Shown: one piece after another, positions 1-8,617 of the stretch
How positions within the stretch are numbered: the stretch's first letter is position 1
Layout of the letters: every line of letters begins with the position of its first letter
Assembly (NCBI GenBank): GCA_044347345.1
Contig: JBIKUX010000018.1
Coordinates: 1 to 56,048, forward strand
Direction: 5' to 3'
Origin: Bdellovibrionota bacterium
GTDB lineage: Bacteria > Bdellovibrionota_C > UBA2361 > JBIKUX01
DNA length: 56,048 nt
The notes under the pieces: model-generated
What the model was told of the DNA's origin: nothing
What the model saw: only the letters and a program-made list of their open reading frames with translations
The model's database searches: none
Made by a program: the position numbers and the translations under genes

Positions 1-1
1 T

Positions 2-139
2 CCTAACTTCGGTTATGTATACAGATATGTCATCAATCAAATTCCGAAAGGACAGAGAGTTAAAGTACGACTAACTGGGAAAACAAACGGTATATTATCA
101 GCTCCGTCTGAAATCTTTGAACTTAAGTCTCAAAACTAG
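2..139 (+). CDS. 3' end of a partial CDS, possibly a fibronectin-III-like C-terminus
   Basis: Frame open from the window edge (PNFGYVYRYVINQIPKGQRVKVRLTGKTNGILSAPSEIFELKSQN) to TAG at 137-139; beta-rich pattern ending S-x-P-S. Confidence 0.45.
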   Translation, partial: PNFGYVYRYVINQIPKGQRVKVRLTGKTNGILSAPSEIFELKSQN

Positions 140-244
140 ACTCACTTGATTCCGATAACGCGAAGAAGTAACAGAGATAGAGGACTAAGAGAGCACTTTT
201 TTGAAGTCAGATTCCTTAGAAATCGCCCTTGTAATTATTATTAC

Positions 245-610
245 TCAGGTTTGCTTTTGGGAAATTAATGGTTGAGCAAGCGAGGATAGCTCTCGAATTA
301 ATGGCTGTACTTTCTTACACGCAGTTGAAGAATTAAGGTTTTGGTTTGATAAAAGTTCTTCAATTTTTCCCGCAGCCTCGGCTATTTCCTTTAATCCAAA
401 AAAACCCGCTCCTCCTCTTAGAGTATGAAACGACCGTTTAGCATCATCTAAAACGTTCGGCTCGGGATCTTCACGTGCAAAGAAAATTTCTTCAGCAATC
501 TCAAGCTTTTCTCTCATCTGTATGAGATAAAGTTGGTACGCCTTGGGAGCTATAGAGTCATACTTCATAAAATTACACCTCTCCATGTTCAGAGTCGGAT
601 CATCAGACAA
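245..610 (-). CDS. Stand-alone Hpt (histidine phosphotransfer) domain protein
   Basis: FHTLRGGAGFFGL matches the Hpt HxLKG motif in a small helical protein; true start may be a downstream ATG. Confidence 0.8.
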   Translation of the reverse strand: MSDDPTLNMERCNFMKYDSIAPKAYQLYLIQMREKLEIAEEIFFAREDPEPNVLDDAKRSFHTLRGGAGFFGLKEIAEAAGKIEELLSNQNLNSSTACKKVQPLIRELSSLAQPLISQKQT

Positions 611-909
611 AAAACTTGAGAGAAATTAATAGTTTTTTAAAAATTTTTACATTTAATTTGCCAATCTCCCTAAAACGTTGATAGTTAACCTAATAACATG
701 ACCGATGACGAACAATTTTATTCCTTGTCGTTTATGGTGGATAAAAAAGAGTATGTGTTAAAGCAGCAATATGCAGTTATCATGGCTTAAAGGATTCATC
801 ATAAAATGTAGGGCTAACTCAAAAGGCATTATCGCGACTAAATACTTGTAGTAGCTCAATATTTGTTGTAGCAAAATATTTACTATAAGGGCTTTTTGCA
901 TATGTAGCC

Positions 910-2028
910 GTGATATGGAGTAATTTTAGGAAATTAAGTATGAACAAGGTACTCGCTTCAATTGGCACACTCGCTGCAGTTTGCTTGGTTTATTTACTTA
1001 TTTCCCCAAGCAGTTCTCAAAAAATACAAAATGGATCCTCTCTTTCTAAAGATAATCAACAGACCCAAACCACTTCCAATACAGACCATAATTCTAGTAC
1101 CTCTGACGATACAGCTGGTACAGAAGGGGGAGTATCAATGACAGACGAAGCCAGTGAAGGTGAGGGCATAATGGATACTTCTGACCGACCAGCCACAGAC
1201 TTATACAGTACAGCAAGCGAAGCACTTGAAGCAGTCCAAAAAGGAGCCAAATCTTATGATGACCTTATTTTAGAACAATTCGTCGACCTTGGCGCTAATT
1301 GTTCTTGGTGTGATGAATTTTATAAATCTATTCGCTCAATGGTTAGTAGTACCACTTCCTCTCCTGATGAGCGCGGGTATTACGCTGAACTGTTAGCAAT
1401 TAGTGGGCGACCGGAAAACATCGAAGAACTGATCAAAAATATCGAATCAGCCTCTTCCGAAGAAAATAAAGATTTATATACTCAAGCCTTAGAAATAGCG
1501 GTTGGAGGTGATGAGTTAGTAAATTTTCTTAATGAAAAATTGCAAAGCACAACTAGTCAATCGTTACGAGAAAGTCTTGTAGCCTCTATCTCCAATCAGA
1601 GTTCAGTTCTTACCGTAGAAACTTTATATAACTTTACACGAGCACAAAATAATCCTGACGGATTTTATTCTGCCGGCACAGGACTTGGTGAAGTTATACC
1701 AGATGAAGCGACATTTCCATTTCTCAAGGATGTTGTTGCAAAACGAGATGAATATAGTCATCTAGGAGTGAAGGCTCTTTTAAATGGAGGACTAGAAGGT
1801 GTTAAAACAGTTGTTGACCTTATTGCTCCATCAAATGGATCAGAAAATGATAGAGAACTACTCAAGAACGCTGCTGATCATGTAAGTTTTGATGAAGAAA
1901 CTGAAAAATATTTTAAAGAAGTCGTTATCTCATCCAATAATCCAGCACTAGCCGAATGGGGTAAAGAAGTCCTTGCTAGCTTTAACGAGGAAGGAGATAC
2001 AAATGAAGATTCATCTACAAACGAATAA
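910..2028 (+). CDS. Hypothetical membrane-anchored acidic helical (HEAT-like) protein
   Basis: N-terminal hydrophobic segment, S/T/Q/D-rich linker, CSWC motif, helical acidic body; ATG at 940 is a likely start. Confidence 0.6.
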   Translation: MIWSNFRKLSMNKVLASIGTLAAVCLVYLLISPSSSQKIQNGSSLSKDNQQTQTTSNTDHNSSTSDDTAGTEGGVSMTDEASEGEGIMDTSDRPATDLYSTASEALEAVQKGAKSYDDLILEQFVDLGANCSWCDEFYKSIRSMVSSTTSSPDERGYYAELLAISGRPENIEELIKNIESASSEENKDLYTQALEIAVGGDELVNFLNEKLQSTTSQSLRESLVASISNQSSVLTVETLYNFTRAQNNPDGFYSAGTGLGEVIPDEATFPFLKDVVAKRDEYSHLGVKALLNGGLEGVKTVVDLIAPSNGSENDRELLKNAADHVSFDEETEKYFKEVVISSNNPALAEWGKEVLASFNEEGDTNEDSSTNE

Positions 2029-2076
2029 ATAATAAAGCGTACATGGATAGCTCAACAAGTTTGCTCAATCAATGAA

Positions 2077-2574
2077 TTAATTAAGAGGTTTAGCTCCTCC
2101 TCCCGATTGAAACGGAGAAATATTCATTCCAGATTGAGCTGCATTTACTCTTTCAGCTTCTTTGGAGATTTCATTAAAGACCTCATTAATGACAGTACTA
2201 TCTGTAAGACTATTAGTATTATCCAAATTTATTTTATCTGATTCAGCACGAACATGACTAGATAAAGAAAATGAACCATCTGAGCTAATCTCATCACGAT
2301 ATTTTAAAAATGTTTCTCTCGTATCAATTAAATCCTTAGTTGCGATAATTGCCCTATTTGCCAAAACAACTGAAAAATTCTCATAGTCCCAACTTTGAGT
2401 TCGTTCTACTTCTCGCTCAATTCGCTCTCGTGGCAATCCGTACACGGTTAAAAGCACTCTTCTAGAGACTCCGAGCTCAGGAATATTCAAATTAGGCTGT
2501 GCACTTCCAAGGTTAATAACGAAACAATTCAAAAAAAAAGGAAACAAAATCAATGCGTTTCTTGGCCAATTCAT
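2077..2574 (-). CDS. Hypothetical exported protein
   Basis: 165 aa ORF with signal-peptide-like N-terminus; no family recognised. Confidence 0.5.
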   Translation of the reverse strand: MNWPRNALILFPFFLNCFVINLGSAQPNLNIPELGVSRRVLLTVYGLPRERIEREVERTQSWDYENFSVVLANRAIIATKDLIDTRETFLKYRDEISSDGSFSLSSHVRAESDKINLDNTNSLTDSTVINEVFNEISKEAERVNAAQSGMNISPFQSGGGAKPLN

Positions 2575-2640
2575 GCTACCCTTCTGATTAGATTTTTTGA
2601 GCAGGATCAGATAATTTTATTTTAAAAAGACATAAAACCA

Positions 2641-3924
2641 TTGTCTCTAACAAAATATCCACGTCTAGTTCAGTTTCTTATAACGAGTTGCTCTCTTCTC
2701 CTTCCTCTCAAGTTCTCATTATTTCTCATTCCACTATCACTGTTAACGCTTTTTTTTATTTATTCCCTAATCCGATGCCAAGAAACTCGGAATCTTATCA
2801 AGATATTTTGGAGAGAAAGCACTTGGTCTTATCTTGTATTACTCATACTTTATTTATTACTAATAACACCAGTAAGCGTAAATCCTATTAGATCGTTAAC
2901 AGCTATCAGCACAAAAATGCTTGTAGTAATGCTTCCAGCGATAATATTTTGGTGTTTTCATGCTACCTCACGGATAAATACCTTAGTCCCACGGGCTTCT
3001 CTATTAATTCCCATAATTACAGGACTAATTTTAGGGCAACTAATTGCCGCTATACATTCACTACTACAGGTTGCTTTTCCACTATATTTTCACAAATGGT
3101 TTTTAGGTGAGGTAACAGAATCAGGGCAACTCGTTATTACTATACTCGTAACCTTAGGAATGATGCATGCTCCTCTCTATTGTTCCGAAAGTTGGCTTCT
3201 AAGGAACAAAAAAAGAATAGCTATCTCTCTTTTTATTCTAATTACCGCCTTAATTATTAATTTAAAGCGCGGTCCATGGGCGGGATGTTTTGTCGGAATA
3301 CTACTTTTTGTAACTCTTGAACGAAAATATCATTCAATATTTTTTGTAATTGTAGCAACACTTAGTTGTTTATTTGTAGAACCAGTCAGACACCGTATAT
3401 CTAGCTCTTTATCTCATTTCTTTATTCATGGCGGAAGAAGTGAACTTTGGGAGATCGGTCTTTTTATACACCGCTTACTTCCACTCGGACTGGGCTTTGC
3501 CAATAGTCGCTATCTACATAAATACACCGAAGAAGTCCCCCCAGACCTGACGCATTTTCATAGCAATCCAATTCATATTCTGGCAGAAAGTGGCTGGATT
3601 GGTATGTCAATTTTCATCTGGTGGCTTGTATCCTCTCTTTACGAATTTTTTAATAATACTGAAAATGATAAATGTTCAGAAAAAAAAATCATCCTAAATA
3701 GCTACTTAAGCGCAATCATAGGATGGCAAATTGCTGGATTAGTGGAATACAATCTAGGCGATTCAGAAGTTCTATATTTAGCTATCTTTATTTTCGGTCT
3801 CGGTGAAACACTTCGTTTGCTACCGATTAAATTACCCACTAGTGACAAAAAAAATCTTTCAACAGAAAATTCAGCATCTTTATCTTTGTCTACACAGCTT
3901 CAAGTAGTATCGAACCCCAACTAA
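2641..3924 (+). CDS. O-antigen ligase family (WaaL/Wzy_C) membrane protein
   Basis: Many TM segments; KRGPW, GRSELW...PLGLG, HFHSNPIHILAESGWIG motifs. Confidence 0.8.
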   Translation: MSLTKYPRLVQFLITSCSLLLPLKFSLFLIPLSLLTLFFIYSLIRCQETRNLIKIFWRESTWSYLVLLILYLLLITPVSVNPIRSLTAISTKMLVVMLPAIIFWCFHATSRINTLVPRASLLIPIITGLILGQLIAAIHSLLQVAFPLYFHKWFLGEVTESGQLVITILVTLGMMHAPLYCSESWLLRNKKRIAISLFILITALIINLKRGPWAGCFVGILLFVTLERKYHSIFFVIVATLSCLFVEPVRHRISSSLSHFFIHGGRSELWEIGLFIHRLLPLGLGFANSRYLHKYTEEVPPDLTHFHSNPIHILAESGWIGMSIFIWWLVSSLYEFFNNTENDKCSEKKIILNSYLSAIIGWQIAGLVEYNLGDSEVLYLAIFIFGLGETLRLLPIKLPTSDKKNLSTENSASLSLSTQLQVVSNPN

Positions 3925-4936
3925 GTCCCGCTCCTACAACAGCGATAGCAATACGCTGACCAGTTACGATATCGCTCCAACGACCAGCTAATACAGCAGG
4001 AGCTCCAGCGGCTGCTTGATTGCCGAGATAGGTAACATTATGCCAATGATTAGTTGCAGGAATATTACGATTATGAGCCACTTGCTCCAGCATAGTCCGA
4101 TTAGCTTGATGCCCAATAAAGATATCCTTATTCCAATTTAAGTTATATCCTTGCTCTAATCGTTTAATTAAGCGCACTGTCTGACGAACAGAAAAATCAC
4201 GAACGGCTCTTCCATCTTGATGAAAATGCCCGAACCGATCAATTACTACCGCGCTAGCCCGCGAAGGGTCAGCCATAAAAGTAGTATCAAGCACCGATAA
4301 CCGGCCTGGATATTTTGCTGACATTACCCAAGCAGCTGCTCCGTCTCCCCATATTGCACCGTCCGTCCGATCATTATAGTTAACTATTTGAGTAAAAGTC
4401 GCTGTGCATACACAAAGGATATATTCAGGAAGATCATCACAATTGAATTGCGAAAGAAAATGCACATGCAAAGCAAATGCTGGACAAGCTGTTATTACAT
4501 CACGTATCTGCACCGATCGCTCTTCTATACCTAAAGCTTGCGCGATTCTCACTCCCTCTGATGGAAACAAGCTCCGCGGAGTACAGGTATTACACAAAAT
4601 CATTCCCACCTGCGTAGCATTGATTCCGGCATTTTCGAGAGCTTTATATGAAGCAATCTTTGCTAAATCAGTCGGAGATGCCGACGCTACTCTATGAGCT
4701 AGACGAATATCTGCATTGCGAGTTTGAAAAATATAATCGAGGGGAAGTGTGGTTACTCGCTCTTTAACTCCAATCTTTTCCTCAATCCACTGAGCTGAAG
4801 TACCTATGTTAAGCGATTCAAGAAATTCATTAGTTATAATCGTATCTGGATGCGCAGAACCCATGCCTAATATCGAAAGATGCTTCATCTGAGATCTCTC
4901 CGACGAATGAGAGTCATGTAAGGAGGAAATTATCAT
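3890..4936 (-). CDS. fabH: 3-oxoacyl-ACP synthase III (FabH-family ketosynthase), catalytic triad intact
   Basis: DVITACPAF (Cys), WGDGAAA, GHQAN (His), LGNQAAA (Asn), GAGLSWGS; alternative start ATG 4888. Confidence 0.85.
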   Translation of the reverse strand: MIISSLHDSHSSERSQMKHLSILGMGSAHPDTIITNEFLESLNIGTSAQWIEEKIGVKERVTTLPLDYIFQTRNADIRLAHRVASASPTDLAKIASYKALENAGINATQVGMILCNTCTPRSLFPSEGVRIAQALGIEERSVQIRDVITACPAFALHVHFLSQFNCDDLPEYILCVCTATFTQIVNYNDRTDGAIWGDGAAAWVMSAKYPGRLSVLDTTFMADPSRASAVVIDRFGHFHQDGRAVRDFSVRQTVRLIKRLEQGYNLNWNKDIFIGHQANRTMLEQVAHNRNIPATNHWHNVTYLGNQAAAGAPAVLAGRWSDIVTGQRIAIAVVGAGLSWGSILLEAV

Positions 4937-6030
4937 CTTTCTCCCCGGCTCTTTGCTAACACACTATTCTTGAGCAAAACATATCCAAAGTTCCCATCAG
5001 TGCCATCACCGCAAAGAACCGCGACTAGCTCAGTGGATAAAGCTTTATTCCAATGAATTGATAAATTTAAAATAGGTTGAGTACCAAAAGAGCGACCATA
5101 ATTTACTACCTCTGATATCGCCTCTTTTGAAAGTCTAGAATTTATTGTGTCAATATCTTCATCTGTATCCACATCAATATTCCAATTGTCAACTAAAGAT
5201 GGCTCAGCAAGTAATAACCTACGTGGAGATTCATATTCTTTCCATGATCGTATAAACGACAAAAGCCCTGTTGGACAAGCCGTACGATAATCAAGCCTAG
5301 ATACCGAGCATTTAATAGGATGATAAATGTCACTAGATGCTCTTATCCCGGCAATAAAGGGTCCATTGGAGGTTTTCCAAAAATGCGCATCGCACACTTC
5401 TAAACTATTTTCCAACTGAGAGTTCGTCGCATTAATCCTGAAAAGAAGCGCAGCTGCCCCATCAGCAAAAAAAACTGGTGCTGATCCAGAATTATACTGA
5501 ATAAAAGGAGTAGGTGTATTAGTAGATACACATACGACCAAACTATCGGCCGGAAAATTGTGTTGCTTCTTTAATGTCTCGCAGAAAAGCGCAAAAGCAC
5601 CACTACCTCCAATCAAATCATACGCAGGGCCTTTAAAGCCAACTAAAGACCCTATTCTTGGAGCTTCTGCCGGACAAGTCTCAAAAGGAGTAAGTGTATC
5701 AGCAAGAAGTAGTGATATTTCACTAATACTGACACCTGCTTTAACAAGTAAATCATTAACTGCAGCAGCACCTAATTCTGATGGTGAAGCAGTTACTTTT
5801 TTCCATCCCTCATAAATATTGATGTTATGAGTATTAAACAAATACTCATGATCAAGCACAGTCGGACGGGATATAATACCACTGCCAACTAAAAGATTTT
5901 CATCTCCTTCGACACCGAGTAAATGAGCTATATCAGCATTAGAAAGAGCTAAAGTAGGGATAGCATGGCCGGCGGCAATTAATGAAAGCACGAAAGTTCC
6001 TATATATTCAGCTAATATAACTCCGAACAA
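4933..6030 (-). CDS. FabH-like protein with degenerate catalytic residues
   Basis: Colinear with neighbour (ASPSELG/ASPTDLA, PAEAPRI/PSEGVRI, FADGAAA/WGDGAAA) but Cys->Ser and no HQAN or GN motif. Confidence 0.75.
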   Translation of the reverse strand: MFGVILAEYIGTFVLSLIAAGHAIPTLALSNADIAHLLGVEGDENLLVGSGIISRPTVLDHEYLFNTHNINIYEGWKKVTASPSELGAAAVNDLLVKAGVSISEISLLLADTLTPFETCPAEAPRIGSLVGFKGPAYDLIGGSGAFALFCETLKKQHNFPADSLVVCVSTNTPTPFIQYNSGSAPVFFADGAAALLFRINATNSQLENSLEVCDAHFWKTSNGPFIAGIRASSDIYHPIKCSVSRLDYRTACPTGLLSFIRSWKEYESPRRLLLAEPSLVDNWNIDVDTDEDIDTINSRLSKEAISEVVNYGRSFGTQPILNLSIHWNKALSTELVAVLCGDGTDGNFGYVLLKNSVLAKSRGER

Positions 6031-6288
6031 CCGTAACTGGTATATTAAGTAGATTCAACGGATTTCACCTAAATCCGAGTTACTCTAAAGCTTATATTAA
6101 CTCTCTTAATTCATCTAATGCACAGAACTAAAATTATTTAAAAAAATAATGTTATTAGCTCTTATTAATCAAATTATGTAAACTTAAATATAAGTTATGG
6201 TTCAAGGAAATTATCTCTCAAATAAATTTTCACTATGGCTTACTTTTTTCCTCAAACAGCTTAAATATTTTAGCGGTAAACTCTCACT

Positions 6289-7152
6289 ATGAGATTTAAG
6301 CTATCTTTACCAACCACCTTTTTAGGCCTAGTACTTGCCTTGACAATGATTAGACTGTCTTACTGGCAGTGGGAACGGCACATACAAAAACAAGATTTAA
6401 TTGCAACACTTGATGCTCGCTTGGAGAAAGCGCCAATTCAACTAAGTGAAATTTTAACCGAGTCTAATTGGAAAGAACTCACTCATCGTCGGGTAAAAAT
6501 CACAGGTACATACGATTTTGCTCATGAAGTTGTGCTCAAAAATCGCCGTCTGGAGGGAAGAGCTGGCGTTTTTGTCCTCACACCTCTGCGCTTAAAAGAA
6601 ACTGATAAATATATCCTTATAAATCGAGGTTTTTTACCACTTGAATTAGCGAATCAAAAAGATAGGGTACCATTTCAACGCCACGGTCTGCATGGAGAAA
6701 CACAAGCGCAGTTTGTAGGAGTTTTAAAAGAAAGTGTTCCGAGAAAGATGTGGAGTCCTAAAGACAAGGAGGCTGGGTCAGGATTGCCCTGGGTTGACCA
6801 GTGGCTAAGAGTCGATCTGCAAAGCATCGCTCGTCAGCTACCATATCCAATCCTACCAATTTGGGCCGAAATTATGGACGAACCAGATATTAAAGTAGCG
6901 AGAAATAAAATTATCCAGCTTTCATCTCAGAGAGATGAAATTTTGACTCTTGCTGGTAGAGATGCCGTAGTATCATCTCAGTTCAAAACAGAAACATTAC
7001 CAATACCCACTTATGATATTATTATCCCAGCGGGACGACATTTAGGCTACGTATTTGAATGGGCTATAATGTCAGTATTGACTATTATAATTACTGTAGT
7101 TCTTCAACTTCGTAGAGAAACAACAATAAACATAAAAACGTTAAGTAATTAA
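6289..7152 (+). CDS. SURF1 family cytochrome oxidase biogenesis protein
   Basis: Two terminal TMs; LSYWQWER, VLTPL, INRGF, HLGYVFEW motifs. Confidence 0.88.
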   Translation: MRFKLSLPTTFLGLVLALTMIRLSYWQWERHIQKQDLIATLDARLEKAPIQLSEILTESNWKELTHRRVKITGTYDFAHEVVLKNRRLEGRAGVFVLTPLRLKETDKYILINRGFLPLELANQKDRVPFQRHGLHGETQAQFVGVLKESVPRKMWSPKDKEAGSGLPWVDQWLRVDLQSIARQLPYPILPIWAEIMDEPDIKVARNKIIQLSSQRDEILTLAGRDAVVSSQFKTETLPIPTYDIIIPAGRHLGYVFEWAIMSVLTIIITVVLQLRRETTINIKTLSN

Positions 7153-7211
7153 TGCATAGTCTATAAAAAATTTATTCTTTACCCAATTTCTCTATTTTTT
7201 CGGTACACGAT

Positions 7212-7529
7212 TTAAGAGATACTAAGCAGCTTAGCAAGTTCACCAGATTCATGTAGCTCAATTAAAGAATCTGACCCGCCTATGAAAGTACCATTTACAT
7301 ATACTTGAGGAATTGTAGGCCAATCGGAATACTGCTTCACTCCTTCACGAATAGCCTGATCATCAAGTACATTTACAGCATGCACCTTGATATTATAAGA
7401 CTGAAGAATAGCAGCAGCTCGCTGCGAAAAACCGCACATGGGAAAGGATAGACTTCCTTTCATAAAAATAACTACCGGATTACTTGAAACAATTATACCG
7501 ATTTCCTGTTGAATATTACGTTCACTCAT
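7212..7529 (-). CDS. grxD: Monothiol glutaredoxin Grx4
   Basis: FMKG...PMCGFS, WPTIPQVYVNGTFIGG. Confidence 0.95.
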   Translation of the reverse strand: MSERNIQQEIGIIVSSNPVVIFMKGSLSFPMCGFSQRAAAILQSYNIKVHAVNVLDDQAIREGVKQYSDWPTIPQVYVNGTFIGGSDSLIELHESGELAKLLSIS

Positions 7530-7579
7530 TTTCGCCTATTACACACATTTCCTAAGCACGTTTCTTTACCTAATCGAGT

Positions 7580-7858
7580 TCAAAGTCTTTCGGTGATCTT
7601 TGCGCCACTAGCTTTCTTTACTTGCTCTTCTCTGGTTCTGGTTTCAAGAGTAAGTGCATGAATTGGCCCTCGCATCTCATCTGATAAATTTTTATATACC
7701 AAACGATGTCTAGCAACAGAATTCATTCCAAAGAATCCATCCCAAATAATTCTTACCAAATAGTGATCTTGCGTTCCTGTTATATCAAACACTTCGATAG
7801 TAGAAGCATCCGGAAACGCTAAAGACAGTTTCTCTTTTAGTGAGGATTGCGGAAACAT
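7580..7858 (-). CDS. bolA: BolA family protein
   Basis: DHY...RHRLVY...IHAL; canonical adjacency to grxD. Confidence 0.9.
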   Translation of the reverse strand: MFPQSSLKEKLSLAFPDASTIEVFDITGTQDHYLVRIIWDGFFGMNSVARHRLVYKNLSDEMRGPIHALTLETRTREEQVKKASGAKITERL

Positions 7859-8054
7859 AATTCAATAAACACCTGCGTCTAAAATCTCAGCGTTACTTAA
7901 ATCCGAAACTTTTGCAAATAAATCGAATGTGCGATACCAAATCTGATAAATGTAATGTACGGCTCAAAAGTTTCTGTCAGAAATAAGGCAAGTATTAAGG
8001 GAAATAGGAGCAAATTCCCGTCTCAGTCTAACAATCAAAAATATTTAATAATAT

Positions 8055-8582
8055 ATGGAGCAAGAAGAACGAGCAATATTTGCAGGAGGATGTTTTTGGT
8101 GTTTACAGCCAGAATTTGACGTAACCCCCGGTGTCATAAAAACAACTGTTGGTTACACTGGAGGAAATACACCTTTCCCCAAGTATGAACAGGTCATTAG
8201 CGGAATTACTAGGCATGTTGAGGCAATTGAAATAACATTCCATCCTCAAAAAACAAATTATAACAAATTACTCGAAGTTTTTTGGTCTAATATTGATCCT
8301 ACCGATGATGGAGGCCAGTTTGCTGACCGTGGAAATCAATATCGTCCGGTAATATTTTTTACATCATCAGAACAAAAGCAATTGGCAACACTTTCATATC
8401 ATACATTGGAATCCTCAAATAAGTATTCCAAACCAATTGTTGTAACTATTGAACCTGCTAGTACGTTTTATCCTGCTGAGGAATACCATCAAAATTACTA
8501 CAAAAAAAATAGTGCTCATTACTCTGCCTACAAAGAGGGTTCAGGAAGAGGCCCTTTCTTACGTAAACAAAAAATACAATAG
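8055..8582 (+). CDS. msrA: Peptide methionine sulfoxide reductase A
   Basis: FAGGCFWC, GYTGG, DRGNQYR, FYPAEEYHQNYY. Confidence 0.95.
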   Translation: MEQEERAIFAGGCFWCLQPEFDVTPGVIKTTVGYTGGNTPFPKYEQVISGITRHVEAIEITFHPQKTNYNKLLEVFWSNIDPTDDGGQFADRGNQYRPVIFFTSSEQKQLATLSYHTLESSNKYSKPIVVTIEPASTFYPAEEYHQNYYKKNSAHYSAYKEGSGRGPFLRKQKIQ

Positions 8583-8617
8583 TTGTAATTTACAAGCCGT
8601 ATTTAATTTAGACTTTT

